Part shown: in pieces, positions 1 through 11,600 of the stretch
Layout: each line of letters opens with the position of its first letter
How positions within the stretch are numbered: the first letter of the stretch is position 1
Source of the DNA: Octopus sinensis
Taxonomy: Eukaryota
Direction: 5' to 3'
Length of the DNA: 64,000 bases
NCBI RefSeq assembly: GCF_006345805.1
Contig: NC_042999.1
Location: forward strand, 70,432,001-70,496,000
The notes under the pieces: generated by a model
The model's database searches: none
What the model was told of the DNA's origin: nothing
The model's input: the letters and a program-made list of their open reading frames with translations, nothing else
Translations under genes and position numbers: made by a program

Positions 1-1292
1 CTGCACTCGGTCTGCTTAGGAGGCTGTTGTGTTCTAGCATATGTCTTGCTTCTTTTACTTTTCGTATTTTCCAGTGGTGTTCTCTGTCTATTATTTTAAC
101 TTCATCCCACAGAGGGAGATGGTTTTCATTTTACCATACATGATCAGCTATACCCGATTTATCAATATCTCCTCATGTCACAGCTTTGTGATGTTCCTCT
201 ACCCTTATTTTGAGATGGCAGCATGTTTCGCCTTTGTATAACCTACCACAGCTGCATGGGATGGAGTACATGCAGTTTTTGATCATATTCTCTTCTATTG
301 GTGGTTTTACCCGAAGGAGATATTTGTGAAGTGTTGTATTAACCTTGAATACTATCCTGATGTCATATGGGCCGCATATCTTTTTTATCTTTTCGGAGAG
401 GCTTTTCACATAGGGTGGAGTAGATAGTATTTTTGGGGGATAGTTGTTGCTTAATAGATTGTTACTGAGCTTGATCATTTCTTCATGGTGGGTATCACGA
501 TTGCTACTTGTATTCTTTGATCGATGTTTTAGGCACTGAGCAATTTCCCTCTTTACACTATGGATGGTGGGAATTGAAGTTAAGGTATCATCCAGTGAAG
601 GTTGGCTTGCGGTATACGGATACCCTGAATCCATACTTGGTGTGTGTTATTAATACATCCAGGAATGCTAACTGATTGTCTTTTTCCTTTTCCATTGTGA
701 ACTGTATTGATGGCTTTATTGAGTTCACATGATCTAACAGCACTTGGACATCTTCCTGGTGGGGCCAGAAGATAAAGGTGTCATCAACATATCACAGCCA
801 TAGGTTGGTTTTAGTGATGTTGACCCTAAAGCCAAATTCTCAAAGTATTCCATGTATATAATGGCTATTATTGGTGATAATGGTGAACCCATAGCTAAAC
901 CCTCTTGTCAATATATATCAATGTCCATACTGAAATAGGTAGTTTCTACACAGACGGTCAACATTTCCATCAAGTTTCTTATTGGTATACTAGTGTGTTC
1001 TTTTAGATGGATATCTGTCACTAGTTTTTTTGAATCACCGATAGTGCTTCACCAGTTGGGACTTTGATGAACAGAGTTATTACATCTAGACTCACCATCT
1101 GGTTGTATTCAGTGGGGATATCCTTGATCAATTCTTTGAAGTGGGTGGTATTCTTCACATATGATGTTGACTTTCCTGCTAATTGACTGATTACATCCAC
1201 AAGGAAGCGGCTCAGCGGATGACATGCTGAACCTCTACAGCTCACTATAGGTCTTAATGGAATACCATCCTTGTGAATCTTAGGGAGACCAT
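1..1292 (-). mobile_element. Penelope-like retroelement (RT followed by C-terminal GIY-YIG endonuclease), 5'-truncated and degenerate; runs off the window start
   Basis: Minus-strand translation gives GLPKIHKDGIPLRPIVS, MVSLDVITLF, GLAMGSPLSPIIAIIYME and WL*YVDDTF (PLE RT motifs). ORF 173-634 gives CMYSIPCSCGRLYKGET..LKIRVEEH (GIY-YIG). Stops and frameshifts present. Confidence 0.92.
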
Positions 1293-1342
1293 CAAATGTA
1301 AATAATGTACATAATTCCTCATCTCTTAAATATAGAACTGTA
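1289..1342 (+). repeat. Probable inverted PLE terminal segment capping the truncated Penelope RT
   Basis: 54 bp identical to 53367-53420. Joins the RT through a CCAT overlap at 1289-1292. Confidence 0.7.
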
Positions 1343-1663
1343 TTAGGACAGACTTCTTTCAGTTTCTGTCAACCAAATCCACTCACATAAAAGGCACCCA
1401 GTACACTGTGGAGTTGTTAATATTAGGAAGGGCTCCTAGTCATAGTAGGCAAGCCCAAACAGACTGGAGCCTGGTGCAGCTCTCTGACTTACCATGCTCA
1501 CCATCTTTAGTCAAGCTGTCCAACCCACACCAGCATGGAAAACAGATGTTAAAGGATGATGATGATAACTCTTATAGAATTTTCCAAAAATTAAGAAACC
1601 CATACCTATATTTTAAAGACAGCCCTTGTCTCACTAATTTTTGTAAGACATTAAATGAAGCAT

Positions 1664-1667
1664 TTAT

Positions 1668-1744
<77 letters not shown>

Positions 1745-1840
1745 TACATGTATATATACATATATATGTATATATATACATGTATGTATATATATATATA
1801 TATATATATACATATATATGTATATATATATATATATATG

Positions 1841-1871
<31 letters not shown>

Positions 1872-1923
1872 ATATATATATTATATATATACATGTATGT
1901 ATATATATTTATACATATATATA

Positions 1924-1964
<41 letters not shown>

Positions 1965-1965
1965 T

Positions 1966-1998
<33 letters not shown>

Positions 1999-2015
1999 CA
2001 TACATATATATATAT

Positions 2016-2046
<31 letters not shown>

Positions 2047-2081
2047 CATACATATATATATACATACATATATATATATAT
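1664..2081. repeat. (TA)n/(TACA)n microsatellite tract
   Basis: Seen directly; explains the YI-repeat ORFs. Confidence 0.98.
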
Positions 2082-2244
2082 CATCATCATCATCATCATC
2101 ATTTAGCGTCCGTTTTCCATGCTAGCATGGGTTGGACGGTTCAACTGGGGTCTGGGGAGCCCGAAGGCTGCACCAGGCCAGTCAGATCTGGCAGTGTTTC
2201 TACAGCTGGATGCCCTTCCTAACGCCAACCACTCCGAGAGTGTA

Positions 2245-2299
<55 letters not shown>

Positions 2300-2311
2300 C
2301 ATACATATATA

Positions 2312-3067
2312 TCTCTATATATAAAACTAAAATGCGTTTGGACCGCTTGGATCGCTTTCAAGGCCACTACATCCCGTTAGATTGACTCCAAAATTTACAG
2401 GGACATGTAAAATGAGGTGACGATGCCCGTGGGCTATGTTAGAAATCCCTATCTTAAAAGGTGTCGTTGCTAGGGCCAAAAACCCACTTTGACAAGTCCA
2501 CTCTCATTCTTTAATGTATCTGTCTTTCTCACTCACTCACGCTCCCAGCACTTTTTCACTCACTCTATTTCCTACCTTCCCATCACTTTCACTTCGTCAA
2601 ACGACGTTCTTTTATGTATCTGTCTGCATTCAAAGAGAATTATCATCGCTACCACCAACACCACACAATCATGACAACAAATATGAATCTCGCCATCGCA
2701 TTCTATTGTCTACCTGTCAACGTGCCGATGGAGCAAATACAAACAGAACACACCAACGAGCGTTCGTGTTCTGGTGATAACATAGGTTTTTCGTATCTAT
2801 TACATTTTAACATTTATTTAGAACCCTGCAAATTTTTCGTGCTAAATTTTCATTTTTTACTACTTTATTATTTTTTCTTAAATTGATGCTTTTATTAAAA
2901 TTAATTCTAATTGTCTGGGTCAACAGTTCCTTTCCTCGGAGGATATGGAAATTCCTATTACCCGCCAGAGAAATAACTCCAGCATCTCACAACTATTTCA
3001 ACAAAGACAAGGTTACCTACTTACCAGTCGAATTCAGCGTCAACGCTCACGTATGAGAGAGACTCCA

Positions 3068-3098
<31 letters not shown>

Positions 3099-4271
3099 AT
3101 GTGTGCATTATGTGGTTGGTTGAGCTGAAAATATGCAGACCTATGTTAAAAGTGCTGGCAAGTTTGCATGACAACTATTTTTTTTTCCTCAAATGAAAGG
3201 CGTGACCTCTAGGACAAAATTCTTCATCTTATAAAATGTGGCCCCAGTAGACCCAAATGAAATCAGGTTATATTAACCAAAATGTGAAACGGGTCTAAAT
3301 GGGGCTGGAAGGGGATTAAAATTTAAAGGAACGGGTGTTTAGGAATGCTCTGTTACATCAAGCTAAAAAATTTGTGCCAGCCTTTTAATCGTCAATGTGT
3401 TGCCGTCCATGATGAAGAAGTTTTGAATGCTTGCCATCGTGAGTCTACTGTTGTGAGAAAGAATCACTTCAAAACTTGGTGTTTAGGGATTTTCTTTTAC
3501 ATCAAGTTCAAAATTTTACGCCAGCCGTTAAACTGTCAAAATGTTGCTGTCCGTCGCTAAGAAATGCCAGCCATGGTGACTCTACTATCCTCAGATTCTA
3601 TCCCTTCAAACTTTGGTTTCCAATATTTTATTATTTTTATTCAGCTCGCAAGTTCGTCTGTCCCTTTTAAATGTTAGTGTTTTGCTGTCTGCCTTGAAGC
3701 AGACATTTCCGTTGTTACTGCCTGATATTTATGATTGATCTTTCTAAATATTTTATTTCTCAACTTACTCAAGATCTTTTGTTGTTTATAAATGGGAGAG
3801 AGATAGATAAAGATAGAGTAAGAGAAAGCGAGGGAGAGTCCGAGAGAAAGGAAGAGTAAGAGAGTGGGGAAAGTGAGAAACAAAGAGGGAGAATCAACAT
3901 CATCATCATCGTTTAACGTCCGTTTTCCGTGCTAGCACGGGCTGTACAGTTTGACCGGGGTCTGGGAAGCCAGGAGGCTGCACTAGGCTCCAGTCTGATC
4001 TGGCAGTGTTTCTACAGGTGGATGACCTTCCTAACGCCAACCACTCTGTGAGTGTAGTGGGTGCTTTTTTCGTGCCGCCAGCACAGGTGCCAGGGGGGCT
4101 CGCAGTGGCAACAATCGGTTGGTGCTTTTTACGTGCCACCGGCACAGAAGCCAGTCAAGGCAGCGCTGCAATCGGCCACGTTCGTATGGTGCTTTTTACG
4201 TGCTGAAAGGAAGCAACAGAAAGTAACAACCACACTCTTACCCATGCGTAGAGTGGGTCACCTTCAGCTAG
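2312..4271 (+). mobile_element. Non-autonomous Helitron carrying an RTE-tail insertion at about 3897-4203
   Basis: 5' end A|TCTCTATATATAAAA; 3' hairpin ACCCAT-GCGTAGA-GTGGGT (4240-4258) followed by CTAG|T; inserted between A and T in a TA tract with no target-site duplication (TSD). Confidence 0.75.
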
Positions 4272-4290
4272 TATATATATATATTTATAT

Positions 4291-4345
<55 letters not shown>

Positions 4346-4385
4346 CACACACATATATATATACATATATATATTTATACATACC

Positions 4386-4423
<38 letters not shown>

Positions 4424-4424
<1 letters not shown>

Positions 4425-4840
4425 GCCAGTGTCACTTAAAAGGCACCATTCGAGCGTGATCGTTACCAGCGTCGCCTTGAAGAGCACCATCCGAGCATGA
4501 TCATTGCCAGAGTGGCTATCTGGCCTCCGTGCCGGTGGCACGTAAAAAACACCATTCGGCCGTGATCGTTATCAGCATCGCCTTACTGGCACCAGTGCCA
4601 GTGGAATGTGTAAAAGATTCGAGCAAGGTCATTGCCAGTACTGCCTGACTGGCCCCGTGCCAGTGACACGTAAAAGCACCCACTACACTCTCTGACTGGT
4701 TGGCGTTAGGAAGGGCATCCAGCTGTAGAAACTCTGCCAGATGAAGATTGAAGCCTGGTGCAGCCATCTGGTTCGCCAGCCCTCAGTCATTCGTCCAACC
4801 CACGCTAGCATGGAAAGTGGACGTTAAACGATGATGATGA
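4424..4840 (+). mobile_element. RTE LINE 3' UTR/tail fragment ending in (GAT)n; representative of many short copies
   Basis: Matches the 3' UTR of the RTE at 60875-62366. Similar tails at about 1390-1568, 2081-2245, 3897-4203, 12126-12445, 16625-16926, 20756-21048, 30817-31000, 34661-34780, 35095-35275 and 35830-36295. Confidence 0.85.
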
Positions 4841-5535
4841 TACGGCAAATAAGAAAGTGAAGAGGATACAAAATTGACAGACATCAACCAGTAAACATTC
4901 TAGTCTGTCTATTTATTCCAATGTATTAGATGAATACATACACATGTATTAGTAGTACAGAAATGAGCAAATGAGCAGATTGTCAGTGGGTGCTAGTTCC
5001 TTGTGGTCGTTTCTGCCAAGAGACAATGAAACCCTCCAGGTTATCTTCATCTCTTCAGTGTTCTCTAGGGATAGGCAGATAAGGCTTGGATGATGAGTGT
5101 GCCTCTAGGTTTCTTCAGAGGGTCTAAGTGGTTGGGAGGAGTAATACATATAAGAAATGGTCAATAATAGGTTAAGTGTGTTCGTCTTTTTAAAAAAGAG
5201 CAGGAAAAGAATGGGAGTAAGAATAAGAACAAATATGAGGATGTGAGCGAAGTACATATTTTCCTTATATCAATAAAGGATGTAAAACATTGAGAGAAAA
5301 TAGTTTCGAACGAGGTCAACTGAGTTTCATATTCTTCCTCTTTTACTCTCACAGTCAAAAATATAAATATCTCTTTGGAAATATGTAACTAACGACGCTA
5401 TTCACAAATTGCAATATGAAATCGAAAATGTTCCAATCGTTTACAAATAACTGGAACAACTAAGGGAGATAACTCAAGGAATATGGGAGGGGTGGTTTCT
5501 CTACTTTTATACTTTCATTTACTAAAGAGTAACTA

Positions 5536-5549
5536 TTACCCGCGAAAAA
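5536..5549 (-). promoter_or_regulatory. E2F-like site just upstream of the ORC2 ATG
   Basis: TTACCCGCGAAAAA, reverse complement TTTTTCGCGGGTAA, resembles the TTTSSCGS consensus; CCAAT at 5433-5437. CpG-containing motif in otherwise CpG-poor DNA. Confidence 0.5.
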
Positions 5550-5566
5550 CGATTACTAACTGGAAA

Positions 5567-5690
5567 ATGATGTTGACAGACGATAAAGACTTAACAAAAT
5601 TAATAGCCACACGTAAGTCGGTACGAGTGAAGTTTGTCAATGATGAAGACATCGTCCAACATATTGTACACCTGAAAGAAAGAAAGAGAG
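5567..5690 (+). CDS. ORC2: ORC2 coding exon 1
   Basis: [22 protein letters not shown] resembles the metazoan ORC2 N-terminus; donor G|gtgaga. Confidence 0.85.
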
Positions 5691-8600
5691 GTGAGAATAA
5701 CTTAATTATGCAATTGTGTTATATTGCTAAAATCTGTCACCAAGTTGTTTATGTCAAAATTCAATCTACAACAAAGACACTCCGTTACTTTTAATATGAT
5801 TTCAGTACTTTTATTATTTTTCTGTGAAAAGACTCATTATTAACAGACATTGTCTATTGGTTTTCCTGGGAAAATTACGGATTGATAGGGTTGTATGGTT
5901 ATAATTATTAGTTTATGTCTTTGTTTAATGCCAAATCCAGCACCAATTGAGCTATGACGCAAAGATTGTCGATCTAAGATTAGGTGTATCCCCTCTCCCA
6001 TACATCTCATCTACTATTCCAAGTATAGTGTGAATCCGCCGAGCTGGGGACGAATTAATCTAGTGAGATTGGTGGAGTTGATATTATGTACAGTTTGAAA
6101 AAACACAAGCAGAGAGTATACTGAGAAGGATGCTTAGTAGAGACTTTGTGGCTAAAAATATATTAAAGATGACGAGAAGAGGAAAGTTTGGGGCATTTGT
6201 GTGGTCTTGGGAAGTGAAGAGGAAACTGATGATGATAGAAAAAAAATGCGGAAACAGTATGCATTGGTTAGTGAACCATCAGCAATCAGACAAATATTGC
6301 TTTTGGATGTTATCTGGTATATATGATTGTGTAATAGACACAGTCTCCAGATATAAGCAAGTTTCTTGCGTTTTTTTTTTTTTTATATCCTATGACTGTT
6401 AGTATTGTTTTGATGGTAGCTTGGTCACATTTAACCGGCCAAAACCAATAAAAGTGTATATTACAAAGTGGTCAGCAACTAATGAATGCTGAAGTATTTT
6501 CTCCCTCTCAAAAATGAAATCTTGACGTCAAGTTTTCAACATGTTATGTATTTGAGGCCATGATGAGAAGTTGTGAGGTGCATATAAGTCTGTATTCATT
6601 TGTATTTTGCTAGTCTTGCTGATTCCCAGTTTTGATGATCTATTGCAGGTGGCCTTCCACATATGGAGCGTACAGTCTCCAGCGGAGCCAAAAGACAAGC
6701 TGTTATGATTAATGACCAAGAAGTTGTACTTGGAAGTAGTGATGAGGAAGATGAAGTTTATAAATCCTCAAGAGGTATGATATTAATTATAGATATTTTC
6801 TCATATGTATTGGAAAGGTAGAGGTAGTCAGTTGGTATGATTGCTTAACTGTTGATCTGTAAGTGATTGAATCAAACCTTCTTACAAGTGTTGCCTTGTG
6901 AGCTTGAACAAGATACTTAACTAAATTCTGTTCAGCTAAGCTAGAATTTTTGGTGACATTCACTCTTTACAATTGAGTTTGATTAGAAAAGATATTCAGC
7001 TGTACTTACCAGTGTACAAACCACAAAACTATACTTATTACTTGTTCTTACACTTTTTGAAAATATATAAATTCACATTGCCTATCAACCCATTACAATA
7101 TGAAAATTGGCAGACCATTGTCCATTGGTGCATTTTAAACTATAATGATGTGCCTGTTTACAACCCACTACATTCTTTTCAAGGCCTGAAATTTTGGGGG
7201 AAGGGGCCAGTCAATCAGATCGACCTACTACGCAACAGGTACTTAATTTGTCGACCCTGAAAGAATGAAAGGCAAAGTTAACCTCGGCAGAACATAAAGA
7301 CAGATGAAATAACGTTTCTGCCAGCTCGCCACTTTACGACCCACTACATTGGCATTATTAATACCCTGTGTTAACCAGATTACTACATACAATGCTAATG
7401 ATCAATCTACACAATACAAGGTGTACCAACAATTCTACAGACCACAGTGCTGTTCAGATAATTGCTATTGAACAAAAATAGATATTTGATCATTGAGACT
7501 ATAATCCAAAGTAAAGATTATTTCCAATTAATAGGAAAACTGCAAATCTTTTATTTTTGTGAACTGTATTGCAGATATTGAACTTGTTTTTAAATGAAAA
7601 TTTACATTTATTTCTAGTTCTCATTAATTTTTATTTTTTGTTTTTATTTTATATATATATTTTTTTTTTATTATTACCTGAAAAAGCTTTGATGGTGAAT
7701 GATGGAGATGCTGGTGGTAAAGATTTGTTTACTTTTCGAACACCTAAGAAATCAAATTCAATGACTCAAAAAGGTAAATTGTTCAACTTGTCAAGTTTTC
7801 AATTTAATTTCTTCCTTCTGACTGGTTTTTATCATCATCTCCAGACCTTCAGTTTCTGTTGTAGCTGTGTTCTCTGCCACCTTACTTTCATTTATTCTCA
7901 CTAGGCAATGAAATATACTGCCTCATTCAGTTGTCTTAGTCAGTATAGAAACACTGACCTATGGTAGAAGCTGTAGCTAAGCAACTTATTGATCTAGCAT
8001 CCTAAAGACATTAGATGTCCAACCACTAGTATTTGTTTCTAAAAAAATTGAGGTTTACTGAAAGTAACATCTGCACATGTCTTAAAATGGCTTAACAAAG
8101 GATATTTGATGATGAAATATATTATGTATATATAATAATTAATATATTATGATTATGCAATATGCTACGTATAAACATTTGATTATGAAATCTATTGTAA
8201 AAAGGGATCTCAAATACCAGATGTTAATGCATTGTCACAGTTGATACTATTAATAATGTTGGATTGGCTGAATGTGGTCATGATAATGATTTTGTTTTCA
8301 TCCATCTTGTAGAGAATGATGTTATAAAAGTGAAAAGATAAAGTTGGAGTTTGTCAGTGTCAATATTTTATCTGTAAAATTCATCAACTTATTCCAAGGA
8401 TGTCTCATCTTTTTCAGCACTTGAATCAAAAACACCAACCACTCCAAAATCTAAGAATTCTGTGCAAGAATGTAACAGACAACATACAGGTAATTTCTAT
8501 TGGTTTTTAGCCAACACCTTGTTCTGTGTTTCAGCTGATAAATAATGTTTATATAGTTATTCAATAATTTTCATATTGGAACTTTCCCAAGTTCTCTGAA

Positions 8601-11600
8601 AAAAGTTAAATGCTAAAGATTCTTGAAAGCTCCTATATACGTATCACCAATCTATAATCAAAAGCATTCCAACCATGATTATCTCCCCACTCAGATATAG
8701 AGTATCTATTTTATCCAATGTATCTATTTTTTTTAAAGGTAGTAGAATGTGATTTGAGGGAGATTTGACTACTATTTCTTGAATGTTGAACATCTTGAAA
8801 TGATGTGGAAACTGTTGAACATTGATAGAGATTAAAATTGCAATATTTGGAATTATTAGTAGTGTAGTCATCCAGATACATTGAAAGATGGAAGAACTTG
8901 TTTGTAGTTACAGTTTGGAAAATTTTTTAGTATACTTCTGGATTGCTCTTCCTTTTTATATGTGCATTTCAGATAAAATATTTTGACTGGAAAATTTCCT
9001 GGCCATTTTCTGATTCCAGAGTTCTATACAATTAGAAATTCAAATTCCCAGTGAGAACTTAATCTTTTGTTTTTGATAAATGTTCCTGATTAATCTATTG
9101 CACCTTTACCAAATTGTTTTATATAGCTGACTAGGTAACAGAATATTTGATGAAATATTTCCTTTTATCTACCCCAAATTTGGTTGCAAATAGGAAATTT
9201 AATATTCAGTCACGGAGCAAAGATCACTTAGTCTCTTGTTGGAAAAAGGAAAAACCTCCCTCCTCCTCTATATTTTCATATCTTTGGTGAAATATAATTT
9301 CTTTATTGGCTATCATGGTTGACAGGTCATAAATTAGTACTAGCTCATAGACTATTATGTTCGGTAGTACTGTAATGTTATTCTGTTATAAGAAATCACT
9401 CAGGAATAATTACTTGTGAATGATCTATTCAAGTACTGCAATATTATTAACTATTGTGGCACATAATGTCGTTTGATGTGGATCACTTATGGTTTAGTTA
9501 GAAAACAATTCAGAAGATTATTATCTTTTCAGCGAAAATGATAATAATCTCTGTACCTTGTATCTTGGCTTACTAACTGTCTTTTGTCTCTAGTCTTTAG
9601 TTGAGGCAGAACATAACTGCATATTAACTGCTGGGAACCTGTGACATTATAGAAGAATTTGTACTGGATAATTCCTAGTGGGTAGTGGAAGAAATCCAAG
9701 GTTGTGATTCTTCCAGCTCATTATTTACAGAAAAGGCCTATCATCATCATTTTTGGAATAGCTTTCCCATGCATGTCTGGGTTGGACAGAACCTTTCCGA
9801 TGCAGCATCTTACCACTTATTACTTTCCTTTTTCATCTCTTTTGTGAGATTCAACATCCTGGAATCAACTGCTCATTTCTTCTTTGGTTTTCTTCCACTT
9901 GGTTTTCCTGGCACATTTTTACCCAATTGTGTTTTTACATCCACATGCATTACATATCTGTATCAATACAATTTTTTCTTAAGCACACTACACCTGACTC
10001 CTCTTTCCTCCAGTTTTCTCTCAGCTCATCTGTACCATATTGCTCATGCTCACTAACATTACACATCTAGCAGAGCAGACTTGCTTCATTTCTACCAGCC
10101 GAGATAATAGCTTCCTGAACTTTTTTCCGTCTTGTTCTTGTTCTGGCTACTATACTTACAGACTCCATTCTTCCACTACTGATTAGGTAACCTAACAAAA
10201 GTTATCAGCTGCTCTTACAGATCCTTTCCAGCATTAAGAAGAATTTATTTTATTAGTACTCTGATTGCTAATTACTCTTGTGCATCTTCCACATGTTAGT
10301 CTGTTTTCTGCGAGAACTTGCTTGTGCTCCCAGTATAACTCTTGTTCACCTCAAATCATATTAAGTAACTCTATGAAATTCATTTGATCCTGACCATTTC
10401 CATGACAGCAGCAGATTCCTATCTTCTTTTCTACTTACTAAAACTTTGCACTGAGGCATCTTAGTTATTTTTGGGTTTATAAATACCATAATCACGCCTT
10501 ATCATCATTTGAGAGTTATATTTATTACACAGCCCTGACACTTCTCTTCCCATTACAGATTTCCATAATTAGTTGTGGCCTAGTGATTAGTCCTGGCTAA
10601 TGGCAGAATTTGATTCCTTTGGCAGAATCCGAACTAAAAATGCAAAGAATCAGAACAGATACTGCAAAGCATCTTGTCTAGTGTTTTAAAAGTACTGCCA
10701 ATCCACCTCCTTGGACTGGTACTCTTGATCCTGAGTGAAAGAAAAACAAAGTTGACCCCAATGATAATTGAAACTGGAATGCATAAAGCTAGAATGAGTA
10801 TGGCATGGCAGTTTATCTGCTCTGTTGTTCTACTAATTTACCTTCTGTGATTTTGTAGAGTTAAAAACTCAATTAGACAATGAGGCCATGTTTTATATAA
10901 TATCTCAAGTGTTGTCGTACACTCCTGAATGTATGTTTTAACTGGCCACGTGAGGAAATGTCTATTGTATGCATGATAGTAAAAGTTTTTTTTTTTTTTA
11001 ATATAAGAAGTGTAAATGTGTTCTGGAAAAATTCAACTTTAAAATAGACAAAGAAATATATAGTTGGATTGTCTACTGAATGTGCATCAAACAAAATATG
11101 CCAATATCTGTTTGCATATATCATTGTTTTTTAATATCCATCTTCCATGCTGGCTTGAGTTTGATGATTCAATAGGATCTAATGGGTTTAAGAATTGCAT
11201 CGTACTTCAGTATCTGTTTTGGTATGGTTTTTATGGATAGATGCCTTTCCTAATGTCAGCTACTTTACATAGTGTACTGGAAGCTTTTTTTGTAGCACCA
11301 GCATTAGTGAGGTTGTCATGCAGCTTGCAAGACTAAGGTCCGTTTCAGCAGAGTGGGACTTCAATAGAGAGGGAGTGGCTTTATGGTAGATGAAAGATTA
11401 AAGTGGGAAAGAATGGGTTAGAACATGTTTCTTGCAGTAGAGGAGCTATATGGCTACTCACATTATAGAAGAGTGGGTAGTAGTAACCTGAGTAGCGCTA
11501 GAAAGAAAGATAAAATAATGATGCAGTGTCCAGGTAGATATGAATATATATGTTAGTGTGTGTAGTATGTCTGGCTCTCTAGTAGATGAGATCTGATGAC

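Noticed and set aside
1408-2385. Long YI/IY-repeat ORFs, also near 4061, 59739 and 62203-63227
   Set aside because: Translations of (TA)n/(TACA)n microsatellites, which lack stop codons; not genes.
4424-4700. Regularly spaced repeats resembling a CRISPR array
   Set aside because: They are diverged RTE 3' UTR subrepeats without unique spacers, in a eukaryotic context with no cas genes.
5161-5358. 65-aa minus-strand ORF divergent from ORC2 (possible bidirectional promoter)
   Set aside because: Non-ATG start, no recognisable motif, only a weak donor, and no downstream exons found before the repeats.
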